Source: an uncultured Gemmatimonadales bacterium
GTDB lineage: Bacteria > Gemmatimonadota > Gemmatimonadetes > Longimicrobiales > Longimicrobiaceae
DNA length: 64,000 nucleotides
Assembly (NCBI GenBank): GCA_963716255.1
Contig: OY970303.1
Coordinates: 5,472,001 to 5,536,000, forward strand
Direction of reading: 5' to 3'
Shown here: positions 30,380-40,041 of the stretch, piece after piece
How positions within the stretch are numbered: the first letter of the stretch is position 1
Layout of the letters: the number at the start of each line of letters is the position of its first letter
The notes under the pieces: model-generated
What the model was told of the DNA's origin: nothing
What the model saw: only the letters and a program-made list of their open reading frames with translations
Databases searched by the model: none
Position numbers and translations under genes: made by a program

Positions 30380-31885
30380 ATGTCTGACGTCGCGGCGAGA
30401 ACGGGAGGCCGGCTCCTGGCGCGCAACTCGGCGCTCAACCTGGTGGGGTGGGTGCTCCCCATGGCGGCGGCGCTGGTCACAGTGCCCCTGCTGATCCGCG
30501 GGCTGGGGGCCGAGCGGTTCGGGATCCTGACGGTGGGCTGGGTGGTGCTGGGCTACTTCGGCCTGTTCGACCTGGGCGTGGGCCGCGCGCTCACCAAGAT
30601 GGTGTCCGAGCGGCTGGGCACCGAGCACGCGGACGAGCTCCCGCCGCTGGTGTGGACGGCGCTGCTGCTGATGTTCCTGCTGGGCGCGGCAGGGGCCGTG
30701 GTCCTCGCCCTGCTGGCCCCGTGGCTGGTGGGCCACGCGCTCAAGATCTCGCCGGAGTACGAGGGCGAGGCGCTGAGGACGCTCTACCTCCTCGCCTTTT
30801 CCCTCCCCTGGGTCATCAGCGCCACCGGCTTCTCCGGGATCCTGGAGGCGAACCAGAGCTTCGGGCTGGTGAGCGGGCTGCGCGTGCCCATGGGGCTGTT
30901 CACCTACCTCAGCCCGCTGGCGGTGCTCCCCTTTTCCCACAGCCTGGTGCCGGTGATCGCCCTGCTGGTGGCGGGGCGCGTCGTGGCGTGGGCGGCGCAC
31001 CTGGCGGCCTGCCTGCACGTGCTCCCGCTGCTCAGGCGCCGGGTGGGGGTGGAGTGGGGGCGGGCGCGCGGGCTGATGCAGCTGGGCGGCTGGATGACGG
31101 TGTCCAACGTGGTCAGCCCGCTGATGACGTACTTCGACCGGTTCCTGATCGGCGGGCTGATCTCCATGGCGGCGGTGGCCTACTACGTCACCCCGTACGA
31201 GCTGGTCACCAAGCTGCTCATGATCCCCACCGCGCTCTTCGGGGTGCTCTTCCCGGCGCTGGCGGCCACCTTCGTCCTGGACCGCTCGCGAACCGAGCTG
31301 CTGCTGGGCCGCGGGGTGCGTGCCCTGTTCCTGCTGATGTTCCCGGTGACGCTGGTGGTGGTCACGCTGGCGGAGGAGGGGATGCGCCTGTGGCTGGGGA
31401 GCGCGTTCGCGAGCCAGAGCTCGGGGGTGCTCCAGTGGCTGGCGGTGGGCGTGTTCATCAACTGCCTGGCCCAGGCCCCTTTCTCGCTCATCCACGGGGC
31501 GGGCCGCCCGGACATCACCGGCAAGCTCCACCTGGTGGAGCTGCCGCTGTACGCCGGGGCCATCTACTTCCTGTCGCGGGCCTTCGGGCTGGAGGGGGTG
31601 GCGATGGCCTGGGTGCTCCGGGTGGCGGTGGACACGACGGTGCTGTACGTCGCCGCGGGGCGCTTTCTCCCGGGCGGGACGCGGCTGGTGTGGAGCGTCG
31701 CCCGCATGGTGGCCGTCGCGCTCCCGCTCTTCGGGGTGGGGATCCTGCTGCGGGAGAGCCTGGCGGGCAAGCTGTTCTTTCTCGCCGCCACGGTGCTGGT
31801 GTTCGTGCTGTTCGGCTGGTACCGTGTGCTCCAGCCGGCGGAGCGTGCCCTGTTCCAGCGGCGGCAGCCGGCGCTGGACGTGTAG
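30380..31885 (+). CDS. wzx: Polysaccharide flippase (Wzx family)
   Basis: ARNSALNLVG, LIRGLGAERFG, FDLGVGRALTK, DRFLIG, VAYYVTPY; about 12-14 TM segments. Confidence 0.9.
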   Translation: MSDVAARTGGRLLARNSALNLVGWVLPMAAALVTVPLLIRGLGAERFGILTVGWVVLGYFGLFDLGVGRALTKMVSERLGTEHADELPPLVWTALLLMFLLGAAGAVVLALLAPWLVGHALKISPEYEGEALRTLYLLAFSLPWVISATGFSGILEANQSFGLVSGLRVPMGLFTYLSPLAVLPFSHSLVPVIALLVAGRVVAWAAHLAACLHVLPLLRRRVGVEWGRARGLMQLGGWMTVSNVVSPLMTYFDRFLIGGLISMAAVAYYVTPYELVTKLLMIPTALFGVLFPALAATFVLDRSRTELLLGRGVRALFLLMFPVTLVVVTLAEEGMRLWLGSAFASQSSGVLQWLAVGVFINCLAQAPFSLIHGAGRPDITGKLHLVELPLYAGAIYFLSRAFGLEGVAMAWVLRVAVDTTVLYVAAGRFLPGGTRLVWSVARMVAVALPLFGVGILLRESLAGKLFFLAATVLVFVLFGWYRVLQPAERALFQRRQPALDV

Positions 31886-31893
31886 CTGCTTTG

Positions 31894-32035
31894 TAACGGC
31901 GGGTTTGGGCGTGCCCCCGGCTGGCGCCGGGGTCGGGCTTCGGCTCCGTAAAGCACGATACTACCGTGCTTAACGGAGTCGAGCCCCGGCAAACTGCCGC
32001 CGGGTCTCGCCCCTTCGGGCCGAAATCCCTCACGC
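31894..32035 (-). repeat. Structured ~130-bp dispersed element, copy 5
   Basis: Between convergent genes; variable stem AAGCACG/CGTGCTT. Confidence 0.92.
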
Positions 32036-32094
32036 GGGTATCGAGCTGGCGTCCGCACGGGACAACCCGCGGCGGCCTTCCGCTTCCTCTCTCC

Positions 32095-33243
32095 TCAGCC
32101 GATCCCCAGCTCCGCGACGATGGCGCGGACCCGCTCGCCCCATGCGTCCCAGTTCAGGCGGGCTTCGAACTCGTCGCGGCTGGACTCGCACAGGGCTTCG
32201 TAGCCGCGCGGGTCCTCCACCACGCGGGCGATGCGCTCGGCGTACGCCTCGCCCCCGGCCTCGGGGGGGAGGGTGAAGCCATTCCTTCCCTCGCGCACCA
32301 GCGAGGGGACGCCGCCCGTGCGGGTGGCGAGCGAGGGGAGGGCGTACGCGGCGGCCTCGCAGTACACCACCCCGGCGCACTCGCAGCGCGAGGGGAGGAT
32401 GAAGAAGTCGGCCCCGGTCCACAGCCGCTCGAACTCGCGGCGCTGCTCCGGGACCTGCTTGTTGAGGAAGGGGACCACGCGCAGGCGGGGGTGGCGGACG
32501 TGGGCCGGCGGGGTGCACCCCACCACCGTCAATTCCGCGTCGATCCCCAGCGCCAGCAGGTGGAGCAGGGCGGCGAAGGCGATCTCCCCGCCCTTGGTCT
32601 CCCACAGGACGCCCACGAACAGCAGCCGCACGCGCGCGCCCAGCCTGCGGGGGAGGACGTCCTCCCGGCGCGGCGGGTCCGGGAGGTTGGCGCCGATGAA
32701 GACGGTGTGCACGCGCGCGGGGTCGGCGCCGTAGTCGCGCACCGCGGAGTCCGCCGCCCAGTCCGAGGCGAAGAGCGACGCCGCGGCCTTTGCCAGCGTA
32801 CGACGCTCCATCTCCTCCGCGGCGCGGTCGCTGCGCTCCACGACGTTGGTGAAGTTGGGGTAGTAGCCCCGGATGACGCGCCAGGTGGAATCGGCGTAGT
32901 AGACCACCGGGACGTCCGTCTCCAGGTACGCCACCGAGGAGGAGGCGGCGGGCGCGAACACCAGGTCCGGCCGGGCGCGGGCGATGCGGCGCGAGAACAG
33001 GTGGCCGTAGTAGCGGGCCAGGAGGGGCTCGTGGTCGTAGCTGTACTCCCTGCCCGTGGCCTCCAGCACCAGGCGGCGCGCCACGCGGAAGGGGAGCATC
33101 TTCACGGGCACCGGCGACAGGTCCACCACGTCGCCCACGTGGCGCTCCACCGCGCCCTTGGCGAAGTGCACCGTCCCCGACCACGTTCGCACGTCCCGGG
33201 CGTCGCGGTGCTGGATCAGCGCCACCCGCGGCCGGTCAGGCAT
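32095..33243 (-). CDS. Glycosyltransferase family 4
   Basis: TWSG, LLFVGVLWETKGG, LPSRCECAGVVYCEAAAYALP. Confidence 0.88.
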   Translation of the reverse strand: MPDRPRVALIQHRDARDVRTWSGTVHFAKGAVERHVGDVVDLSPVPVKMLPFRVARRLVLEATGREYSYDHEPLLARYYGHLFSRRIARARPDLVFAPAASSSVAYLETDVPVVYYADSTWRVIRGYYPNFTNVVERSDRAAEEMERRTLAKAAASLFASDWAADSAVRDYGADPARVHTVFIGANLPDPPRREDVLPRRLGARVRLLFVGVLWETKGGEIAFAALLHLLALGIDAELTVVGCTPPAHVRHPRLRVVPFLNKQVPEQRREFERLWTGADFFILPSRCECAGVVYCEAAAYALPSLATRTGGVPSLVREGRNGFTLPPEAGGEAYAERIARVVEDPRGYEALCESSRDEFEARLNWDAWGERVRAIVAELGIG

Positions 33244-33276
33244 ATGCGTCGTGCCGGCTGGGGTTGGAACGGCTCC

Positions 33277-33417
33277 TGACGGCGGGTTCGGGCGTGCCCC
33301 CGGCTGCGCCGGGGTCGGGCTTCGGCTCCGTAGCAGACGAAACAACCGTCTGCAACGGAGTCGAGCCCCGCGAAACTGCCCGCGGGTCTCGCCCCTTCGG
33401 GCCGAAATCCCTCACGC
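33277..33417 (-). repeat. Structured ~130-bp dispersed element, copy 6
   Basis: Variable stems GCAGACG/CGTCTGC and CCCGCG/CGCGGG. Confidence 0.92.
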
Positions 33418-33469
33418 GGGGCATCGTGCTGGCGTCCGCCGGGCGCCGCCTGTCCGGCACACCGTCGTT

Positions 33470-33507
33470 CTCCCCTCCCCCTTGCGGGGAGGGGCCGGGG
33501 GAGGGGG
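33470..33507. repeat. REP-like palindrome (CCCCTCCCC-CTTGC-GGGGAGGGG family)
   Basis: Near-identical to 30166-30210. Confidence 0.75.
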
Positions 33508-33548
33508 TCGCCGTCGCCGTGTGGCGGGCCGGATCCACGGCGGCCGCG

Positions 33549-35231
33549 TCAGCGCCCCGGGACCACACCGATCCGGACGATGGTGTTGTTGACGTCCGTG
33601 GCGCCGTTGCCGAACGGGTTGTTCAGGGGCCCCTGGAACAGGTAGTTGTAGCGGACCTCGCGCGCCACCTCGGCGAAGAAGTCCGCGCCCAGGAGCCGGA
33701 GCCCGCCGCGCAGCCCGCCGAACACCGAAACGTCGTGCCCCACCTCCTTGAAGATGGAGAACGAGGTGCCGTACACGTCGTTGTCCCAGCGCACCCTCCC
33801 GCCGAACGCCCCCAGGCGCCATCTCCCGGCCAGGTAGTCGCCCGCCAGCCACTGCGACGACGAGCCGGGGCCCGTCGCCGCGCCCACCACCTGCCCGCGG
33901 TGGGTGTAGCCCTGCGGCACCGAGTTGCCCACGTAGTACGACGGGACCGGGCGGTTGTCGAAGGTGGAGCTTTCCTCCAGGTACGAGAGCTCGGTCTGCA
34001 GGCGGAGGATCGCGGGCCCGCGGAGCGGCCGCGCCCACTGCGCCCCCAGCGTGTACCCCTGCGAGTGGCCGGGCTGGTTGAGCATCTCCGTCACCGACGC
34101 GGGGAGCTCCAGCCGGGCCCACTCGGCGTACACCTCCAGCCCGTTCCGCGGGAAGACCCAGCGCCCGAAGACCGAGAGGATCTGGTCGAAGCCGGGGTTG
34201 GCGAGGCTCACCCGGAAGCTGTCCGCCACCGTCGAGCCGGAGCTGGGGATGGCCTCCGTCACCACCCGCGGGCGCTCCCAGTGGCGGAACACGTCGAAGG
34301 CGCGCTTCGGCAGCTCGGACCGGCCGTTCAGGCTCACGTACACCACGCGCGCGACGCCCAGGGTGAGGTCGGGGACCGGAGCGGGGCGGAAGGTGGCCGC
34401 GAGCCCGCTGAGCGAGCGGAAGTCGTTGGCCGCGTCCGCGTCGAAGAAGAGCGACTCGGCAAGCCCCCCCACGACCCACTTTCCCTCGAACGCGCCCACC
34501 CGCGTCCGCAGCGGGGCGGCGGTGCGCAGGAAGACGTGCGGGAACCCCTCCGCGTGGTTGCTCATCACCACCGCGGTGTGCATCCCCGGGCCCCACCACT
34601 GGTTTTCCGTGGCCGCGCCGGCCGCCACCGGCCCGGCCGTCACCGTCAGCGAGCTCTGCCCCGGCCCCACCATGGCGACCGGCCGGTCGCCGAAGCGGAT
34701 GGGGAGGTCCACGGTGAGGGCGCCCGCGTACCAGGGCGGAAAGAACACGCTGCGCCCCGCCGAGTCCTGCGGGACCAGCTCGAACTCGCGGTTCTGCGAC
34801 CAGGTGAACTGCGGGGCGAGCACCAGCGCCACCGGCCCGGCCGCCACGCGCACGCCGGCGGTCACCTGCGCGCTCAGCCCCCGCCCGGCCCACAGGGCGC
34901 CGTCGTTGAGCGAGAAGGGGATGGCCGAGTTCCACGCCAGCCCCGCCTCCGCGGGGATCACGGACCAGCGCAGCCCCGGCCCCGCGGGCCCGCCGTCGCG
35001 CGACGAGGGCGAGCGCACCAGGAACCCGTCGGTGGACTCGCGCCCCAGCACCTGGCGAACGCGGGCGAGGTCCTCCTGCGCGCTGCCGATGGAGGGGAGC
35101 GGCCGGAAGACGGCCTCCGTGGACAGCGAATCGCCCGCCTGCGCGTGCAGCGCAGCGGGCGGTACGAGGAGCGCCAGGAGGGCCAGAGCCCGGGCGAAGC
35201 GACGTGGGACGGTCATTCGTTCATGCGCCAT
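33549..35231 (-). CDS. Capsule assembly Wzi-like outer-membrane protein, paralog 2
   Basis: Signal peptide; NDGALWAGRG, DLPIRFG, ENQWWGPG...MSNHAEGFPH, GYTHRGQVVGA; start 35231 or 35216. Confidence 0.75.
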   Translation of the reverse strand: MAHERMTVPRRFARALALLALLVPPAALHAQAGDSLSTEAVFRPLPSIGSAQEDLARVRQVLGRESTDGFLVRSPSSRDGGPAGPGLRWSVIPAEAGLAWNSAIPFSLNDGALWAGRGLSAQVTAGVRVAAGPVALVLAPQFTWSQNREFELVPQDSAGRSVFFPPWYAGALTVDLPIRFGDRPVAMVGPGQSSLTVTAGPVAAGAATENQWWGPGMHTAVVMSNHAEGFPHVFLRTAAPLRTRVGAFEGKWVVGGLAESLFFDADAANDFRSLSGLAATFRPAPVPDLTLGVARVVYVSLNGRSELPKRAFDVFRHWERPRVVTEAIPSSGSTVADSFRVSLANPGFDQILSVFGRWVFPRNGLEVYAEWARLELPASVTEMLNQPGHSQGYTLGAQWARPLRGPAILRLQTELSYLEESSTFDNRPVPSYYVGNSVPQGYTHRGQVVGAATGPGSSSQWLAGDYLAGRWRLGAFGGRVRWDNDVYGTSFSIFKEVGHDVSVFGGLRGGLRLLGADFFAEVAREVRYNYLFQGPLNNPFGNGATDVNNTIVRIGVVPGR

Positions 35232-35232
35232 G

Positions 35233-35277
35233 GAGAGCACTTGCCGGACAAGAATCGAGAGCACTTGCTAGACAAGA
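35233..35277. promoter_or_regulatory. Tandem 21-bp direct repeat in the divergent promoter region, possible operator
   Basis: GAGAGCACTTGCCGGACAAGA and GAGAGCACTTGCTAGACAAGA (19/21 identical, 24-bp period), each containing CTTG-N5-CAAG. Confidence 0.5.
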
Positions 35278-35433
35278 CAAGCGGCCTAGGATAACATTCT
35301 CCCCGAGATAAGTCCAACTGCCGCACCGCCCAGCGCTCCCGTGAAGGACACGGGGCCGGGATGTGACGTGCCGCGCCGGAGGGGCGTCCACTCTCCCGTC
35401 TCACCGGCGCATCCCACTCGAGCAGGTCCAAAG

Positions 35434-37167
35434 ATGATCTTCAGACCGTCGAACGGGGGCTCCGGTCACATTCCGCCGCGGCGTCCCCTCCGATGGGTCC
35501 TTTCGCCGCGGTCCCGTCGCGCTCCGCTGCGCCGGGCGCTGCTCGTGCTCCCGCTGCTCCTCCTCGCCGTTCCGGCCGCCGCGCAGACCGCGGGGCCTGC
35601 GGAGTCCGCGGCGACGCTGGGCGAGGTGCTTCCCGGCGGCGAGCTGGAAGGCTACCTCCGCCTCCTGCAGGTGGCGGGGAAGACGCGCGCCTACCCGTGG
35701 TCGGTCCGGGGCTTCTCGCCCGGCGAGGTGGAGCGGCTGGCGCCCCGCGACTCGGCGCACCCGTGGGCCGGCCGCTACACCTTCGCGGACGGCGCCCCGG
35801 CGGGCGAGCCGCGGGTGCACGTGCACCCGGTGCGCACCCGGGCGGTGTTCAACTCGGCGTTCCCGTACGGCGGCAACGACGGCGCGGTGTGGGCCGGGAA
35901 GGGGCTCACCACGGCGGTGGAGGCGGGGGTGACGGCGCGCTGGCGCTGGCTCTCGCTGACCCTCGCCCCGGTGGCGTTCCGCGCCGAGAACGCCGAGTTC
36001 GAGCTGGAGGAGGGGGAGACGCCAGGCCCGGACCCGTTCGTGGACGCCCGGCACCCCAACCAGATCGACCTGCCGCAGCGCTTCGGCGACGGGGCGTACG
36101 CGCGGATCGACCCGGGGCAGAGCACCCTGCGCGCCGACGTGGGCCCCGCCGCCGTGGGGATCTCCACGGCCAACCAGGTGTGGGGGCCGGCGTTCGACTA
36201 CCCCATCATGCAGGGGAACAACGCGCCCGGGTTCGTGCACGCCTTTTTGGGCACGTCCCGGCCCGTGGACCTGTGGATCGGCAAGCTGCACGGGCGGGCG
36301 TTCTGGGGCCGCCTGGAGGAATCGCCGTACTCCCCCACGGTGGCGGACTCGGCGGTGCGCTTCGGCACGGGGCTGGTGGTGGCCTTCTCGCCGCGGGGGG
36401 TGCCGGGGCTGGAGTTCGGCTTCAGCCGCTTCTTCCACATGCCCTGGCCGGAGGGCGGCCCGGGGGGGACGGAGATCTTCAAGCCGCTGGAGACCTTCTT
36501 CAAGGTCAACCTGTACAGCGTCATCCAGGGGAACGACACCATCGAGTCCAGCGAGTCCGTGGTCGCCAACCAGCTGGCGGCCGCCTTCGGACGATGGGTG
36601 TTCCCGGAGAGCGGGCTGGAGCTGTACGGCGAGCTGGCGAGCGAAGACCACCGCCACAACCTGCGCGACTGGCTCCTGGAGCCCGACCACGCCACCACCT
36701 ACAGCCTGGGCTTCCGCAAGGTGTGGGTGCGGGACGAGCGGCACTTCTGGTCGCTGCGCGGCGAGCTGCTCAACGGGCAGGCGTCGCACCTGGCGCGCAC
36801 CCGCCGGCAGGACCCGTTCTACATCCACGCGCACACCCGGCAGGGGCACACCAGCCGCGGGCAGCTGCTGGGCTCGCCCGAGGCGTACGGGGGCGCGGCG
36901 TCCACCGTCGCGGCGGACTTCTACCACCCGGGCGGCCGGGTCACGGGCTTCTGGAAGCGCGCGGTGCGCCAGGAGCAGGGCCGGTTCCTCGCCACCGGCG
37001 TGGTGGAAACGCCCGACGTGATGCAGAGCCTGGGCGCCGAGGCGCTCCTCTTCCGCGGGCGGTGGGAGCTGGTGGGCGGGCTGGAGGGAGTGTACGACTT
37101 CAACCGGAACTACGTGTCCGACGTGGCCAACCTGAGCGCCACGCTCGGAGTGCGGGCGCGGCTCTGA
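35434..37167 (+). CDS. Capsule assembly Wzi-like outer-membrane protein, paralog 3
   Basis: Signal peptide; NDGAVWAGKG, DLPQRFG, NQVWGP...GNNAPGFVH, GHTSRGQLLG; start uncertain. Confidence 0.75.
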   Translation: MIFRPSNGGSGHIPPRRPLRWVLSPRSRRAPLRRALLVLPLLLLAVPAAAQTAGPAESAATLGEVLPGGELEGYLRLLQVAGKTRAYPWSVRGFSPGEVERLAPRDSAHPWAGRYTFADGAPAGEPRVHVHPVRTRAVFNSAFPYGGNDGAVWAGKGLTTAVEAGVTARWRWLSLTLAPVAFRAENAEFELEEGETPGPDPFVDARHPNQIDLPQRFGDGAYARIDPGQSTLRADVGPAAVGISTANQVWGPAFDYPIMQGNNAPGFVHAFLGTSRPVDLWIGKLHGRAFWGRLEESPYSPTVADSAVRFGTGLVVAFSPRGVPGLEFGFSRFFHMPWPEGGPGGTEIFKPLETFFKVNLYSVIQGNDTIESSESVVANQLAAAFGRWVFPESGLELYGELASEDHRHNLRDWLLEPDHATTYSLGFRKVWVRDERHFWSLRGELLNGQASHLARTRRQDPFYIHAHTRQGHTSRGQLLGSPEAYGGAASTVAADFYHPGGRVTGFWKRAVRQEQGRFLATGVVETPDVMQSLGAEALLFRGRWELVGGLEGVYDFNRNYVSDVANLSATLGVRARL

Positions 37168-37193
37168 GCATACAACCAGGGGAACGGCACAGG

Positions 37194-38567
37194 ATGGACG
37201 AACAGGGCGCTCTGCTGGCGCGGATCGAGGACGGCACGGCGATCGCCGGGGTCGTCGGCCTGGGGTACGTGGGCCTCCCGCTGGCGGTGGAGATCGCGCG
37301 CAGCGGATACCGGGTGCTGGGCTTCGACATCACCGAGGCGGTGGTGGAGGGGATAAACCGTGGCGAGAGCCACATCCTGGACGTGGACGGGGAGACCGTC
37401 CGCGAGCTGGTGGCGCAGGGGCTCCTCGCCGCCACCTCCGACCTGTCGCGCCTGGCGGAGTGCGACGTGGTGTCGGTGTGCGTGCCCACCCCGCTCAACA
37501 AGACCAAGGACCCCGACCTCTCGTACGTGGTGGCGGCGGGGCACGCGGTGCTGCACGCCCTGCGCCCCGGCCAGCTGGTGATCCTGGAAAGCACCACCTA
37601 CCCCGGCACCACGCGCGAGGTGCTGCTCCCGCTCCTGGGCGAGTCGGGCCACGGGGTGGGGGAGGAGTTCTTCCTGTGCTTCTCGCCCGAGCGGGTGGAC
37701 CCCGGCAACCCGGTCTGGCACACCCGCAACACCCCCAAGGTCATCGGCGGCGTCACTCCGGCGTGCCTGGAGGCGGGTCTCGCTTTCTACGCCCGCGTGT
37801 TCGACACCATGGTCCCGGTGGAGAGCGCGGAGGCGGCGGAGCTGACCAAGGTGTACGAGAACACCTTCCGCATGATCAACATCGCCCTTGCCAACGAGCT
37901 GGCGCAGGCCTGCGACCGCCTGGGTGTGGACGTGTGGGGGGTGATCGAGGCGGCGGCGACCAAGCCGTTCGGCTTCATGAAGTTCACGCCGGGGCCGGGG
38001 CTGGGCGGGCACTGCATTCCGCTGGACCCGCACTACCTGTCGTGGAAGATGAGGACGCTGGCCTTCAAGACGCGCATGATCGAGCTGGCCAGCGAGATCA
38101 ACTCCGAGATGCCGGCCTTCGTGGTGCGCAAGGTCGCCGACGCCCTCAACGACGAGAGCAAAGCGGTGCGCGGCAGCCGCGTGCTGGTGCTCGGAGTTTC
38201 CTACAAAAAGGACATCGACGACCTTCGCGAGAGCCCGGCGCTGGAGATCATCGAGCTGCTGCAGGCCAAGGGGGCGGAGGTGTCGTTCCACGACCCGTAC
38301 TGCACCGTCATCGGCGACGACGGGCACACGCCGCTCCGCGACCTGCCCATGCACAGCCTGGAGCTCACCGGCGAGCTGCTGGAGGAGACCGACGCGGTGG
38401 TGGTCGTCACCGACCACGCCGGCGTGGACTACCGGCTGGTCGCGGAGCGCGCCCGGCTGGTGGTGGACACTCGCGGGACCATGCGCGGTATCGAGGGTTC
38501 GGCGCGGGTGGTGGGGCTCTCCGGCGAGGCGCGGGAGCCCATGGAGCTGGTCGGGGGGGCGGCTTGA
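37194..38567 (+). CDS. UDP-N-acetylhexosamine 6-dehydrogenase (WbpA/WecC-type nucleotide sugar dehydrogenase)
   Basis: GLGYVGLPLA, CVPTP, ESTTYPG, FSPERVDPG, PGPGLGGHCIPLDP, YKKDIDDLRESP. Confidence 0.92.
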   Translation: MDEQGALLARIEDGTAIAGVVGLGYVGLPLAVEIARSGYRVLGFDITEAVVEGINRGESHILDVDGETVRELVAQGLLAATSDLSRLAECDVVSVCVPTPLNKTKDPDLSYVVAAGHAVLHALRPGQLVILESTTYPGTTREVLLPLLGESGHGVGEEFFLCFSPERVDPGNPVWHTRNTPKVIGGVTPACLEAGLAFYARVFDTMVPVESAEAAELTKVYENTFRMINIALANELAQACDRLGVDVWGVIEAAATKPFGFMKFTPGPGLGGHCIPLDPHYLSWKMRTLAFKTRMIELASEINSEMPAFVVRKVADALNDESKAVRGSRVLVLGVSYKKDIDDLRESPALEIIELLQAKGAEVSFHDPYCTVIGDDGHTPLRDLPMHSLELTGELLEETDAVVVVTDHAGVDYRLVAERARLVVDTRGTMRGIEGSARVVGLSGEAREPMELVGGAA

Positions 38568-38615
38568 CCCGGACGCGCGCGCGGCGCGCCGCGGCTCCGG
38601 CCGCCGCGCACAGGA

Positions 38616-38644
38616 TTGCGTGGGCCGCGCCCGCGATGTATGAT
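38616..38644 (+). promoter_or_regulatory. Putative sigma70 promoter upstream of fcl
   Basis: TTGCGT-N17-TATGAT. Confidence 0.5.
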
Positions 38645-38720
38645 CTTCAGCTTCATCCGCGCCGGAGCCGGCCGCGCGGGCGAGTTTGGTCTCCACCGTG
38701 CAAATGCTGGAGCTTGATTG

Positions 38721-39728
38721 GTGAATGAGACTGGTGGCTCCCGCGCCGGCGGGGAAGAGCGGGAGCTGACGCCGCAGTTCTGGCGCGGGAAGCGGGTGCT
38801 GGTGACGGGAGGATCGGGGTTCCTGGGCTCGCACATCGTGGAGCGCCTGGAGGCCCTGGGGGTGGAGCGGCCGTTCGTGCCGCGGCGACGGGACTTCGAC
38901 CTCACCGAGCAGGCCGAGGTCCGCCGCCTGTACCGGGAGGCCAGGCCCGACCTGGTCCTGCACCTCGCGGCGGAGGTGGGGGGGATCGGCGCCAACCGTG
39001 AGAACCCGGGGCGCTTCTTCTACGCCAACGCGGCCATGGGCATCCACCTCATCGAGGAGGCCCGCCGCGCCGGTGTGGACAAGTTCGTGCAGCTGGGAAC
39101 CATCTGCGCCTACCCCAAGTTCACCCCCGTCCCCTTCCGCGAAGAAGCCCTCTGGGACGGCTACCCGGAAGAGACCAACGCCCCCTACGGGATCGCGAAG
39201 AAGGCGCTGCTGGTGCAGCTCCAGGCGTACCGCGACCAGTACGGCTTCGACGGCATCTACCTGCTCCCGGTGAACCTGTACGGCCCGCGGGACAACTTCG
39301 ACCCGCAGAGCAGCCACGTCATCCCGGCGCTGGTGCGCAAGATGGTGGAGGCGCAGGAGTCGGGCGCGGACGAGGTGGTGCTGTGGGGAACCGGCTCCGC
39401 CTCGCGCGAGTTCCTGTACGTGGACGACTGCGCGCGCGGGGTGCTCCTGGCGGCCGAGCACTACGGGGGGGAGGAGCCCGTCAACCTGGGCACCGGGAGC
39501 GAGATCCGCGTCCGCGAGCTGGCCGTGCTGATCGCGGAGGTGGTGGGCTACCGGGGGAGGCTGGTCCAGGACCCCACCAAGCCGGACGGGCAGCCGCGAC
39601 GCTGCCTGGACACCTCCCGCGCTTTGCAGCATTTCGGGTTTCGTGCCCACATGGACTTCCGCCGCGGCCTGGAGGAGACGGTGCGCTGGTTCCGCGCATC
39701 GCGCTCGGCCCCGGCCGGGGTCGCGTAG
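38721..39728 (+). CDS. fcl: GDP-L-fucose synthase
   Basis: [59 protein letters not shown]. Confidence 0.93.
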   Translation: MNETGGSRAGGEERELTPQFWRGKRVLVTGGSGFLGSHIVERLEALGVERPFVPRRRDFDLTEQAEVRRLYREARPDLVLHLAAEVGGIGANRENPGRFFYANAAMGIHLIEEARRAGVDKFVQLGTICAYPKFTPVPFREEALWDGYPEETNAPYGIAKKALLVQLQAYRDQYGFDGIYLLPVNLYGPRDNFDPQSSHVIPALVRKMVEAQESGADEVVLWGTGSASREFLYVDDCARGVLLAAEHYGGEEPVNLGTGSEIRVRELAVLIAEVVGYRGRLVQDPTKPDGQPRRCLDTSRALQHFGFRAHMDFRRGLEETVRWFRASRSAPAGVA

Positions 39729-40041
39729 CGGACACCCCGATTCCCGCGCCTTCACGGTGCGGGAACGGGACATGCGTGACCCTCGGCCCCGATCCGTCGT
39801 CTACAGGCGGTCGGGCTCCGGGGGACGCGTGAAAGGCCTCGTCGGGAGCCGTTGAGGGGTTACGTGTGGCGTTCGAGGCGATTTACGTGGCGACCTCCCT
39901 GGAGACCGGTATCATCCCTTCCCGAGACTTCGATCCGCGGCCCGTCCTGCGGGGCGGCGCGGTGACCTCCGAGTGCTGCCGTATGGCCTTCGCCTCGCAC
40001 CGGGGCGCGGGTACTCTGACTTTCACGCTCCGATTCACCTG

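Noticed and set aside
35493..38567. Apparent large fusion ORFs (35493-38567, 13404-16388, 11507-13858, 27223-29778)
   Set aside because: The N-terminal parts are off-frame read-through of neighbouring genes; the real starts are at 37194, 15411, 12311 and 28278.
39761..39776. Possible sigma54 promoter GGGAACGGGACATGCG upstream of the wecA-like gene
   Set aside because: It has GG-N10-GC spacing but deviates from TGGCAC/TTGC, which is too weak in GC-rich DNA without TSS data.
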